Source: Camelus ferus (Eukaryota). From it: 64,000 bases of DNA. Shown here piece after piece: positions 1-12,275 of the stretch. The stretch's first letter is position 1, and each line of letters opens with the position of its first letter. A model generated the notes under the pieces. It was not told the origin of the DNA. It saw only the letters and a list, made by a program, of their open reading frames with translations, and ran no database searches. The stretch is from contig NC_045697.1 in NCBI RefSeq assembly GCF_009834535.1, positions 67,148,001 to 67,212,000 on the forward strand, given 5' to 3'. Position numbers and translations under genes: made by a program.

Positions 1-224
1 AACAAAACAAGAGCACACAGCTACAGACATCTGGTCTGCACTCACATTTCCATTTGAACATTTAACGTGGTTAATATTTCAGCAGTTGTGGTACCAGAGT
101 CAAACTGAAATTTCTACCTATTTAATTCTGAATCCTCAGTCACAGACTTTGGAGAGAAAGAGATTGAGATTGACAGTGAGTTAGAGAGAAAGGGAAACAT
201 TGATTCACTTTTTAAGAATCGACG

Positions 225-420
225 TCAGCAAAAGAACATGAACCTGGTCCTGGGCTTATGCCCTTGAAGGGATTGCGGCACCGGCCAGGCTGACACCTTG
301 ATTTCAGCCTGAGGAGACTCTGGGCCAAGAACCCTGTGAGCCCATTCCCAGAGTTTTGACCTACAGAACTCAGAAATTGGAACAGCTTTCTTTGTGTGCT
401 AAGCTAGGAAAATGTATCCT
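225..420 (+). mobile_element. MaLR LTR 3' fragment (MLT1G/H-like)
   Basis: gctgacaccttgatttcagcctgaggagactctg...ttttgacctacagaact resembles the MLT1 3' half. Confidence 0.65.
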
Positions 421-1339
421 TAGAAGTGAGTTCAAAATTTCCAGTCTAAGATCAGTGTGTTTGTTTCATAAGGAATAGGAGAAAAAGTAAATAGCATATA
501 GTATATGATATAGCATCTGGCGTCTAAGAATATTTACTTATTGTGGAGATATTTTTGTCTTGTCAGTCTACTGTTCCTTCATGTTTCTGTTTCTGCTTAA
601 ATGTGTGGGGTGGGTGTTTGCACATTTTACTCCCTCATTTATAATTTTTTTATTGCACTGTTTCAATGCAGCTTACAAGGAAATGAGGCTCCAAACTGCA
701 CATTGTTAATCTAGGGCCAGGATTTTTCCAAGGGGTTAGGAGTTTCAAATTAACAAAAATGGAACCTAGGGTAGTAATGAGAGGGCCCACCCCATAAAAT
801 TATATATTTAAAAATTATAATAATATTTAAATAGCATTTATGACATTAGATATTACATTTTAAACTCTGTTTTAGTCAGAAAATAGGGGTCGCTGATATA
901 AAAAAGATGGTTTTGAGAATGTCTATATCACATCTTTCTCCCAACAGCATTTTTGCTGAATAATTTTTCAGTCTGGTGAAAGACAAACACAAGAATAGAA
1001 CTTTCTGTCATTTTCCTTACATATCTGTTTTTCTTTTCACAAAAGCTAACATACAGTTTCAGTTTGACTTTTACATTTGCTCTTTTTTCTTTCTAAAATT
1101 ATAAAATTTGTCTCTCCTTTTTTATCAAAATTTCTCCTCAAAATAGAGAGCCCCCTACCAGAACTAACTGAGAAAAGAAAGGACTTCAGTGAGATTTCTC
1201 CTAAGGCCTTTCAAAATTACCCTTATTTTTTCAGAATAGGGTGAGTATAAAAATAGGTCTTCTCTGTCAGCCAGGTAATTAGTACTCACAAAAAACTGGG
1301 TTTAAATGAATAAATGAATAATAATGATTAAATTTTATT

Positions 1340-1520
1340 GAGTTCTTATTTTAGCTTTGCCCATGTTAACTCCTTTAACCCTCACAATGATTCAATGAGT
1401 GAGTACTATTATCACTATCATTTAATAGAACACTGAAGTTCACAGTGTCCCCCAAACTTACATAGTATGGCAGGAATGTGTAACCATCAGCTTAAATTTT
1501 ACCCCAAGCTTTTACTCACT
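1340..1520 (-). mobile_element. MIR SINE fragment
   Basis: tttaaccctcacaatgattcaatgagtgagtactattatc matches the MIR core in reverse. Confidence 0.55.
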
Positions 1521-3199
1521 AACATATACATCAATGAATTAATGAATTCTAAAATTACGATTACCTTTGGCTTTCTCTAAAAAGATTTCTGACTTCTTAT
1601 CTCATACTTCCAGAAAAGTTATGTGGCCACCCCAACACCTTTTTGTCTGTAGCCCAGCTAACTGCCTAGGAATCTTCCTGTGTTATTTACTCACTACTAC
1701 TATCTTAAGAAAAAACACAGAGTTAAAAGGAACCTTTGAAAATTATCTTCCGTTAAAGGCAAAGGTACTACAATGGTTCAGTGTTTTTTCTGTCCCTTCC
1801 ATCTCTTGAATTGCCTTTCAAATCCCTAGTCCCTATATTTGGTGTAGTGAAATACACCTGGAATTCAAGTTAATTCCTTTCAGATGGCAGGCATTGTAAT
1901 AGTTACTTTGTGTTCCTTCCTCTAAGAACAGACTTCGGTGTGTTCCTAAAGATTAAAAAAAGTCAACATGTACAGCCATTCCAGTAATCAGTGTATTAAA
2001 AGTCCCTAAAGGGCCATCAAGGTATTAGACTATCCTGGCTCCAGAATGGCCATTGTCTGTTTTGGTTCAATAACGATTATGCACATGCAATTGACTGAGA
2101 ATGTATCAGACTCATAAGTCACACTGCAAATGGACAAAATATAATAAATGTACACAAACAGACTATAATTACAACCCAGTTCAATACAAGGGATTTGATA
2201 AGCTTCTTTGTAAGTTATAAATATTCTAACAAACTTGCGAATGACTCTGCCCACCGTTTTGTCACAGACGACAGAATTGAAGGCAGAGCCATTAATGTGG
2301 TCTCCAACTCCTTTGGAAATAAACAGGAAACTTGAATGTGGCATTAACTCACATCACGCTGCAGTGATGGTGGAACATGTGATCCCAGGATGGCCTAAAG
2401 ACTCTTCATACAGAATAGCAATCATTTGCTGTGATCCTGCTTATCGCAATACAGTGTGGTGAACTTGTAATAACACTATTGACAATTTTGTGAGCAACTA
2501 GCAATCTTAGAAATATCTTTCTGAGTATTTTTCAATAATTTTCTACATATGTAACATATTAATTACTTACTTGTGGATTAGGAATTTGTATGAACGCTAA
2601 TTCATGTAACAGTAAGCACCTTACCAATTATTTTAAACAGCAATTGAAGTTACTTTTCATAATAGCCAATGAGTCAAAATATACTAAGACTGGTACTAAA
2701 TCCAGATTCCATTTATTTCTTGTGAAAATGAATTTTTTTGGATCAAATATAAGAAAACTTCATTTTTGAAGTTTTCTGGTAACCGGAGAGCTCCCCATCA
2801 GGACTGTCTGTGGGTAAACACATCTTACAAGCCTACTTCTGAAACTGGGTGAATGGTTTATCAAAACTCAAATTTTTGCTGGGTGAAGTAGAAAGCGTGT
2901 TCTTTATGTTGCCTCATGATAAACTTGCTTTTTGAAGAGTTCTATCCATTTATACTTATAAATACATAAATATTAAATTGAAAATAACTATAATTATGTA
3001 ATATATTATAACATATACATTTATAAGTAACATGAATATAATTTGTAAACATATAATGTATAAGTATAGTTTGTATATTAATTTTAATACCATTACAATA
3101 ATAACTCTTCTTTATAGAACAATAGAATAACCTAAACAGTTAGCAACCTGCTCATTTCTCTTTTGGCTAACCCAGTGCCAACAGTTTATGGATCTTAAT

Positions 3200-3363
3200 T
3201 ACAGCTACAAAATCCCTTTTGCCAAGTAATGTAATATAATCATGGAAGGGACATCCCGTCATGTTCATAGGTCCACCCACACTCATTGGGAGAAGATTTT
3301 TCAAGGGTGTATACACCAGAGAGAAGTAATCTTGTAGGCCATCTGAGAATTCTATCTATCACA
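3200..3363 (-). mobile_element. MaLR LTR 5' fragment (MLT1E-like)
   Basis: cttaattacagctacaaaatcccttttgcca...ggccatctgagaattctatctatcaca matches the reverse complement of the MLT1D/E start. Confidence 0.75.
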
Positions 3364-3989
3364 TGTAGACAAAAGATGCTTATTATTTACAAAAACTATA
3401 AACAGAGCAGTATTTTTCACATGGGCACATGGATGGTTTAAAATATTTCAAGTATTTTCTGACATTTTGGCAGATTACATTCTGAAAAGCCACAATTTTT
3501 ATTACAGAAAATATTTATAAGTATACACTTTTAAATTATTGACAGTGACAACTATTCTACTTAGTTAGTACTCTGATGATATAAACAGGTCCTCTGTTTA
3601 CTCTTTCAAAAAGACTTGAAGAGAAGACTTCTTAATGCAAAATATCTCCTCCTCCAAGAACAGTGCAAGGCATGAAATTTATAATAACTCACATCCTATT
3701 AGACTGAACTTCCTGTGATGTTAAGATGAGACACAGTCCTTTTCCAGTATGGAGCAAAAGGCAGGCATGAGTTTGAATAGATGTCAGAAGAGAGAAATCA
3801 GAGAAAGAAGCTGTTTCTCTCTTTGTGATTAAAATATTGTATTATGAATACACTATAATCAAATGTAGGTATAAAAATATTCTCCTAAGTAAAATTATAA
3901 ATTATTGTTGGCACCTTCAAAGTTCAACTAACATCCAGAAGAGAGAAAATCAAGTACTCACATTAATCTAAATAAAATTTCGGTTTTAC

Positions 3990-4300
3990 CTTAGAAATAG
4001 CTCAAGGTGATAAAATGGGATTCATGGTAGTGTGAAAAACGATACATTCTCATGATTTTCTGGTCGGTTGAGTTGTTCTTTGTCACATCATCCTTAGTCT
4101 TTCTCTAGTGAAAGACCACCAACGACAGCTCTGGGTCCCTCTTGAGCAAGCCCACCTCCAGCACAGCTCAGACCAGGTGTTCTCCTAATCCTCTGTCTGA
4201 CCGCGAGCCTGCCACACCTGAGGGCATCCAGCAGCGCTGATGCAGGGTGACGATACTGATGATGCTTGTCACGCTGCTGGCGAAATCAGACTGCTTCCCC
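3990..4300 (-). other. Candidate alternative non-coding first exon (5' end approximate)
   Basis: GC-richer, CpG-retaining, non-repeat segment next to a promoter motif cluster. It ends at donor TAAG|gtaaaa (3990/3989), with a second donor AAT|gtgagt (3962/3961). No long ORF. Confidence 0.4.
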
Positions 4301-4490
4301 ACCCAAGACTGCTTCTTTCATGTGCGGAAGTCTAGCCAAATAAGAGGAAGTATTTCTTCGCCCCTTTTGATTTTCTCATTTTTATCTTGTGGTTATATGA
4401 TTGGCAGTTGGAACTGCTTATTGACTTTTTATTTGTTTACTGGTTCCCATAATCTTTTCCTCAATCAATCTGACAGAGCCTTGGCGGTTT
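4300..4490 (-). promoter_or_regulatory. Candidate internal promoter/enhancer with dense TF motif cluster
   Basis: GCGGAAGT (ETS, 4324-4331), AAGAGGAAGT (PU.1/ETS, 4342-4351), TTATCT (GATA, 4382-4387), TGTGGTT (RUNX, 4388-4394), ATTGG (CCAAT on minus, 4400-4404), TATTGAC and TGTTTAC (forkhead, 4419-4425 and 4434-4440). About a dozen CpGs in 3980-4490. Confidence 0.5.
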
Positions 4491-4799
4491 TTTTTTTTTT
4501 TTTTTAGGTGAAGGAATAGAGAGAAAGTAATATGCTGTAATATCATAAAATATAATCACATTCAAAAATAGCTATTGCTGTTTTTCAACTGTTACTGAAT
4601 GGGCAAAATACTTCCTCAGTACTCATTCACTTTCCCTCCCTCTCTCTCTATATAAATACCTTCTGTTTCACATATGTATGTGTAAACAGATACACAGCAT
4701 CTATATCTTAAGCGGATACATAGTAAATAATTATAAATTTAGACACAAAAAATGAAACTATCAAACCAGTTACAGGATAATGTCATAATGTACACTATG

Positions 4800-5080
4800 G
4801 ATTTATTTATAAATTCAAGAAATATTTATTGAGTGATAAATATGTTCTTGGTACTGTATAGGTATTAGGGATAAAATCATAAACAAGAACCATTCCTGCC
4901 CATAAAGGCCCCTATCAGCCTAAAATCATTCTGATTGGAGAATATAGTCAAGTTAACCTTGACTATAAAAATGAAATCCTCAGGAGTAATTCCTACTTCA
5001 AGGGTAACTTCTTGTAATATGGAAACATACAGGAGGTAGTTGTCTTAAGGGAAAGTCAGATAAAGCTTTTTGGATAAAAT
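4800..5080 (-). mobile_element. L2 LINE 3' fragment
   Basis: attcaagaaatatttattgagtg...ggtactgtataggtattagggata is a typical reversed L2 3' end. Confidence 0.65.
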
Positions 5081-6219
5081 AAGTAAGAGTTAAGTTGGTA
5101 ATGTTTTAAACCTTTTCCCCAAAATGTGATTATTATTAGCATGTATCCTGAGTTTAGGTGACGAATTTAAAAACAACATTTTTTAACATTGTTTAAAAAC
5201 AAGGATATTCAAATAATTAACAAATAGTCTTTCTTTTATTGATAGGTATACTCAAGACACTTAAGTGTATATGTAAGTGTGCTCTTTGAATCTCCAGAGT
5301 ACTTGATTAAGGTAGAGAGTCAAATTGCATACTGCAAAGTCACCACATGCACTCAGGCATGGAATGTGAAATAACACACAGTTGGTGAACATTTAGGGGT
5401 CACGTAGGGGTGAAGGCCTTGAGGCTGCTCTGCTAATCTTCAAATCTTAGAGGGTGGCAGTGTCTTTGATCTGTCTGCCTTTTAAACAAGGGAACCTGGA
5501 AATATCTCAGATGATCATTTGATCTGTTTCTGGTGGGGCAGGTAGTCCTCCAGCTGCCAGCCAACAACATGCTGTGCTCTCCCCACCAGCTAAACCCTGG
5601 GCTTTTATGTTGGAGAAAAACCAGGCTACCAGTCACATAGAAGGCTAAAGAAAGGGCTACTGAGAAAGGTCAGTGATTGGAGTGGCAACTAGGCTGCAGG
5701 TTCCAACTGCAACCTCTGCCTAGAGACAAGTGGTCACAGGGACACTGGAGCAGCTAAATGTGTAGAAGCATTGGTACCACGTGAGAACAAGAGGCTTTTC
5801 TGCTGCTAAGGGGAAGGGTGCTCAGGAAGAAGTAGGGGCAGGAACAGTCTCAGTTTAGGAAGACACCAGGCTCTCCTGATTCAAAGGGCAAGAAGGCCAA
5901 CTGTGCAATGAGTGGTGAACACAGGACAAGGCACAAGCAGCGGCTGAAGTTCAGGCGACAGACCATGAGGCAGGAGGATGCATGCACACATTCTCATGGA
6001 AAGCAGGAAAGTGGAGGATGGAGCAGAGGACAGAATCTCAGGGAAATTCAGGACTGCAAAATCCTGCAAGTCAAAACTATGAGTAACCCACATGACTTAC
6101 ATGACTAGTGAGACAGAGAGACAGGGTCACAGGGTGTCAGAAAATGTGGGATTTTAGAACAATCAGATCACTGTAAATGTAAATCTCAGCATATGCCTTA
6201 TAGCAACATTTGCATCCGT

Positions 6220-6365
6220 TTAACCATTTACTCATTTATTCAACAGACCTATGCTGATTCCTTATTTTCAAACCACATATAGGGTACTTCTCATACAAAG
6301 ATGACTAAGAAGCGGGCCCTTCCCTCTGGGGATAGTCTAGGGAGGGAAAGAAATATGTAAACAAG
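6220..6365 (-). mobile_element. L2 LINE 3' fragment
   Basis: catttactcatttattcaacag...tacaaagatgactaaga...gtctagggaggg. Confidence 0.55.
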
Positions 6366-8789
6366 CCAGAAATTTCTCTCCTAAGGATTTTTAAGCTCTA
6401 CAACCATATCATTAAATTATTAATATTCAGTTAAATAAAACTGCATTTTAATAAAATAATTGCTGATGTTTACTATAAATGAGCGCTCTCAGGAAGTGCA
6501 AGATGAAGTTCATCAATACAGGCACTTTCATGTAAGCTGAAAATAAGAGCTTCCATAGAGAACAGCATCCCTTATTAAATTCACAAGGCACCATTTTTAC
6601 CACATCACTGGGAAGCGGTGGATATGCGGATGAAGAGAAACATCTCATTTTAGTGACCCAATACAACCGATGTGGAAACTATTGACAGTGCACTCCAGCA
6701 TGAGGCTCATCTAAAAAGCTCTGTTTTGGTTTAGTTTTAAGGGAAAACATTTGGTGAAGGCTAAGTCTGGAAGGACCTGGAGCATCACTGGCAGGCTGTG
6801 TAATAATGAATTGGTTTCTACGGAAATGAAATTGTTACTGTTCGTTTTTGTCGTTTACAATTGATTCATGTGCTGCATCTGGCATTTTAATCCTAGCATT
6901 TGAGAGCCATTCCATCTTTCTTTAAGACATGAGAATTAGTCAAAGACAGTTAAAAGACGACAAGTATCAAGCACAGCATCACTAAGGAGAGTCTGCTTAG
7001 AGAAGTTTCTTTCCAAGCCTTAGGAATTGCTATTTGACAGTATCCTTTGTGGTATGAGAAAGGCTTTTTTTTTTTTTTAAGCTACAAAGGTAAGAGAATC
7101 TAAAATAGTGCTATTTTAGATTATTTAACTTATGAATATAATCACAAGTACTCATGCATTATCCACAGAAAGTGTAATTAAACATAGGATCCCATTTCAC
7201 TAACAATACTTCCAAATGTCAGAGATGCATTTCTTAAATATTTGTAATTGAAATGACTTTGGGGGATTATTTGTTTGAATTTCTCTTATCAATCATTGTC
7301 TTATTTTCTTACCATGAACATGAAAAAAATTCCAAACAGTCTTCTGTTACCTCAATCTTTTGAGAGTGTCTTCCCACCTATCCTTCCTGTAAGTTATGAA
7401 GCTGAAAAAAATCATTATAATTAAAAAAATTAATTGAAGGATCATTTTCAGTACTTAGAATATTTACTAGTTTTCTGAATGGGGTTAAGCACTATGTTTT
7501 AACTTTGGGCAAAATAAGTGAAGAGTTCCAACATTCGAATGAAATAACATAATTGGGTGTTAAATAATGAAAAAGAAATTCTTTTGGAGCTTTTCACAGA
7601 GAGATGATCCAGGCTGAACGCAGGTCCCCAGCGATGGTGAGAACCACATGACTGCCTGACATACTGCTACTAAGGCACAGAGTCCCAAATGAAACTGCAC
7701 GGGTCACCTGCAGGCTATGTTAAATAAACAATAAAAAATTTAAAACAAATGGCTGCAAAGACTTAGGAACACTCATGAGGGGAAGAGGATGAATTATTTT
7801 AAATAGACTCTCTACATCATCCATTCCTGTTGGGGGGGGAGCTTCTCAAGCCACACTTCAGCCTGTAACTTCCACTCCCCCAAAATTAAAGAATGAAGAG
7901 ACTTAACCTGTGAAAATGGTCATACTGACACAATTTGAAGTAGATAATTATCCAAATTCTCTAACATAATAAAAGGAGATTCAAATATGTAGTCTCTAAA
8001 GTCCCTTTGAACTCTAAAAGTATATGATCACTGTGGAACACTACAATATGTAGTGAGGTTCACGAAAAAGTTCTAGCTTCTCTGAAAGTCTTTCTCTTCT
8101 TCCATGTCAGAAGGAAGCCAAATACTCCTTATCTCACTTCCATCCTTTCTGAACAAACTTGGTGGTTCTTTAAAGTAGATCTGCACCATCATATGGGGTA
8201 ACATGTGCAATGGGTAAAAATGAATAGAGACTATCCAGTAATTTATTTTAGGATCCTCAGCAATTTATATCTTAGAAATCAGAAAACCTAATGGTGACAT
8301 TATGTGTATATATAAATCGATCCCAAAGCACCCAGGTTAAAAAAAAATAGTTTGGATTTGCACATTTTATTTTCTTTCTAATTTCAGGGCCAGAACTACA
8401 AATGAATAGCTTCCCCCATGAGCTTCCTTCTCCTTTCAGCCCTGCACAGGCCCTGAACATGTATTCAGTCTTCACCAGTATTCAGAGCTTTTCTTTTCCA
8501 TACTTTGACTGTAAAACACGACTGCTCCATATCTCATCCTATACTTTCTACGGTCCCAACAAGCTACACAAGTAAACTGGGTCATTCTCAAGGGCCTATA
8601 TCTGGGCAAGAGCCATAATGTGTGTTTCAACAACAGATTTTTACATATAAGCTCTTTAACACTGAAAACTTTAGCCCAAGGAGAAGAAGAGATATTTTGA
8701 AGCTCCCCAAATAAACATAACTATGTCCAAACTGAATCCATGCAAATTACAAGTTAAGGTCCTGACATCCTTAGCTTAGTGAATATTTT

Positions 8790-8930
8790 AATTAATTCAC
8801 TTAGTAAACATTCCTATGTTATGTCACACAATGTCATAGTGCTGGGGATACTGTCTTGAACAAAACAGGCAAAAATCTTGGTGTTTATGAAGCCTAAAAT
8901 CTAGTAAAGGTAACAGACAATAAACAAGAC
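8790..8930 (-). mobile_element. L2 LINE 3' fragment
   Basis: gtgctggggatactg...gaacaaaacaggcaaaaatc...atgaagcctaaaatctagt...agacaataaacaag. Confidence 0.65.
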
Positions 8931-9379
8931 ATCCAATAACAGATAATCAACATACAATGTACTACATATACATACACTGCACATATGTGAGACAGTTATT
9001 AGGAGATAAACTGGACACTTGCAACTTACACAATTAATCTTTAAAATTAAAATATATAAAGGCATTTAATTACATTTTCCCCTATGTAACATTGGAAGCA
9101 GAGCAAGAAAAAACAAACCTACGCAGTAAAACTTTAGACGTTTAGGAAACATACTCCACCCCTTGGAGACATTGATTAATGAATTCTATACTTATTTAGT
9201 ACCTACTGCTATCTATGAGGCTCTGTGCTTGAGTTGAACTATGGCTACAAGGCTGAATAACATTTAAAAAATCCCAACCCTCAAAGGAAACTCACACTTT
9301 TATACTTTTAAAAGCCATTAGTAAATCTCATCATACTGTTAATTTCAGCAACGAGAGATATTTTCCTTCCTAATAAATA

Positions 9380-9915
9380 TGCTGGTTTAAAGATACGTTC
9401 ACAAGTTCCTTGATGCTACGCCCCTCAAGAGGTGCAGCCCAATTGCATTCCAATTGGTTGGGAACTAGAACTAGTGAATCCCTTCTAACAAACAGAATGA
9501 GGTGGATGTGATAGTTTGCAAATTTAGAGAGTGGGTTGTGAAAGGCAAGTGGCTTCCTCCTTGCCCTCTTGCTCTCTGTGAGATCACTTGCTCAGGGGAA
9601 GACAGCTGGCATATTGTGAGGACACTCCAACCATGATGAGAAAGTGAAGCCTCCTGCCAACAGCCACACAAGTGAGCCAACATGAAAACATACCCTCCAG
9701 CCCTAGTTGAGCTTTCAGATGACTCTGGCCCCTGCTGATGGCTTGACTGCTACCTCATGAGAGATCCTCTCAGACCCAACCAACTAAACTCCTCCATGAT
9801 ATCTGATCTTCAGAACCTGTATAAACACAATGCTTATAAATGTTACAAAATGTTTCTGTTTTAAGCTGCTAAATTTGGGGGTAACTTGTTACACAGCTAA
9901 TAGATAACTAATGCA
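9380..9915 (+). mobile_element. MaLR solo LTR (MLT1F-like), near full length
   Basis: TG...CA ends. Internal cccctcaagaggtg, gcctcctgccaacagccac and ttcagatgact; terminal ttttaagctgctaaatttgggggtaacttgttacacagctaatagataactaatgca. Confidence 0.85.
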
Positions 9916-9967
9916 ATCACATTTTTGGAGGGCAGAGAAGGAAAAGATTCCAGAAAATGCAATTGGG

Positions 9968-9968
<1 letters not shown>

Positions 9969-10007
<39 letters not shown>
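9969..10007. repeat. (TG)19 microsatellite
   Basis: Directly visible. Confidence 0.97.
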
Positions 10008-10008
<1 letters not shown>

Positions 10009-11220
10009 GTGTGTTTGTGTAAAGACAGTCACATAAAGAACAAGCATAGATATAAACAGGGAAGGAGAGAGGAGAGAGAGAATAGAACCTTTGCAATATA
10101 CATTTATATTCTTTTCCAATTGTCCCTGGAATTTACAGTCATTATCCTTTAGCAACATAACCCATATTTGATCAAAATCATCACATAGACTCTAAAGTTC
10201 TGAAGAGCCACAAATTACGTGAAAGTTAAGTGAAGCCCTGTGTCCGAATAGTCACTGCATAAAGTATTGTTTCCAGGAGGACCTCTGAGGAATGGCCAAT
10301 ATTTTAAAGGTAAGGATGAATGAGCAACTTAACATGGATCCATTTATCAGTTTAACTTGGACTACCTAGTCAGCAGAGGATGGAACACACCACAAGTACA
10401 TCACTACATCACAACACCTGGGGAGGTAGGGACTGCGACTTTGAATGAATACTGCCCTGGCAGGGGTAGCCCTTCTTGAGTCCAGTGTGGGGATGAGGGA
10501 AGGGTGGTGGATAATAAAGGGCAGTGAGAAGGCCAGGAAAAAAACTGCAGTAGCAATATGTGACTGCAATAAATTATGAGTGAACAAAGTGAGTACTCAA
10601 AACAAAGTCAGGCTATTTCATAATAGGTTTTGAGATGGGTCAGATATTTATCAAGTCGTATGCTTAACAAACATTTATAACCAGAGCAGGAAAATAATCA
10701 ACATTCTGGTTTGATAAATACGGGGTGATAAACAGAACTCATTTCTAACAAGTCCAAATTACCCTTATGGTCTATTTGCTTAGCTAAGCAGAAAGTACTA
10801 ATTATTCTTTTTAAACTACAAGAACCTGCCTTGGTTAAAAAATGTATGAAATATTTAATCTCTCAACAAGATAGATTAATGGTGCTGAAAAAGTTCTTGC
10901 TATGTATGGTGAATGTTGGGAAACAATTTCTTTTTTCCCTTGTTTAAGAAAAGATACAAAGATGGATACCATTATCCAAGTAAAATGATGCCAAATCAGA
11001 AAATTCAGAAATACTTTTCACACAACTCTTAAAATATAAATACAGGAAAAATGGCTGAAATTTAAAACCCTTTATTTTGGAAGGCCAAGAATGAGGGAGG
11101 GACATAGAGTAAGCCAGTGGTGAGGAGGCTAGAATTAAAAGCAGAAAAAGATTTTCACTGGGAGTATTGATTTTAGTTTGAAATTAGGTTAATAAAAATT
11201 ATATGTAGTATGTTATAAAT

Positions 11221-11232
11221 ATAAATAAATAA

Positions 11233-11267
<35 letters not shown>

Positions 11268-11270
11268 ATA
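11221..11270. repeat. (AAAT)n microsatellite
   Basis: Directly visible, with one interruption. Confidence 0.95.
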
Positions 11271-11959
11271 CCTCAAGAATCTTCCTTAAATCTAAACAAA
11301 ATCTAGCTTTGCAGAAAGTGGGAATCAGAGTCAGACTGTATTTTGCCCAGGTTCTGTTTATTTCCTTAAGGATAACGTTACAACCTATTATTTCCAAATC
11401 TATTCCAAATTTACAAAGCCTTTGAAATTAAACAGCATTGGTGTACATTAAAATATCTGCTGAAGAAATATCAAACAAAACTCGTTAAAAAGATTAAAAT
11501 GGAAAATATTTGGCAGCTTCCATTTTATGGCTTTGCCGTAATAGTCTGTTATAGATATTACTCAAAGAAAAATATTCTCCTTTCTGAAGTATCTTAATTA
11601 GTCTGCAAAAGTGTAAATTAAATTCCTGTGATGAAGGAGTGAGAGGCCTTTCACTTCACATTTCCATCACAAGTCCTACTTTTCTATTTAAGGTTTCCAA
11701 AATATTCTCATGTGAAGTAGGTTCCAAAGTATTTATGACTTTTTTGCCAGGATCCCTCTGATATGGGAATCAGGGAAAAGAGATGACTACTCATTTTCAC
11801 CTATATAACTTTTTAGCCATTGACACAATGCAGAAGTGTGTTTTCTAGGTTAAGGCTTTGTCTCATTATTCTCCACAAATTTAAATGTCATGTTTCTGAA
11901 GTGAGGACATGAAGCTGAAGAATGGAAATCCAGAATGAATGGTTCATTTTATCCTTTGT

Positions 11960-12275
11960 AGCATCATTTGCAGCAGCATGTTCCCTGAGCTGAGCCCCAT
12001 GGTACACATATAAATTCACCTTTCAATCATTTGTGTGGCTTAATGACACTGAGTAATAACACATTAGCAAAGTGCCATTCCAGACACCAGCCAGGCATGC
12101 CAAACAGATAATCTGACAATCGTTTCAGATTCATTTTCCACAAACAGAAACACTGTTCAGGCTTATTAACTGGCAAATCTGCATGAGGCACCGAGTAGAG
12201 CACAGAGCCTCCATTAGAAGCAGCAATCTAGCTCATTAATGTAATTTACAAGGATATTTGGCCCGTTCTATTGTT
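11960..12275. promoter_or_regulatory. Candidate conserved non-coding element/enhancer
   Basis: Non-repeat segment with CATTCCA (TEAD), CAGAC (SMAD), TGCCAA (NFI half-site), AGATAA (GATA) and multiple TAAT/ATTA cores. Motif-level evidence only. Confidence 0.3.

Noticed and set aside
2030..2462. Overlapping opposite-strand ORFs as a possible endogenous viral fragment or processed pseudogene
   Set aside because: No motif or family similarity in the frames I translated, and no poly-A or TSD. A tBLASTx/HMMER search would settle it.
9889..10158. ORFs with THTHTH/VCVCVC runs (also 50239-50442, and 11173-11397 with FIYL repeats)
   Set aside because: Translations of (TG)n, (AC)n and (AAAT)n microsatellites.
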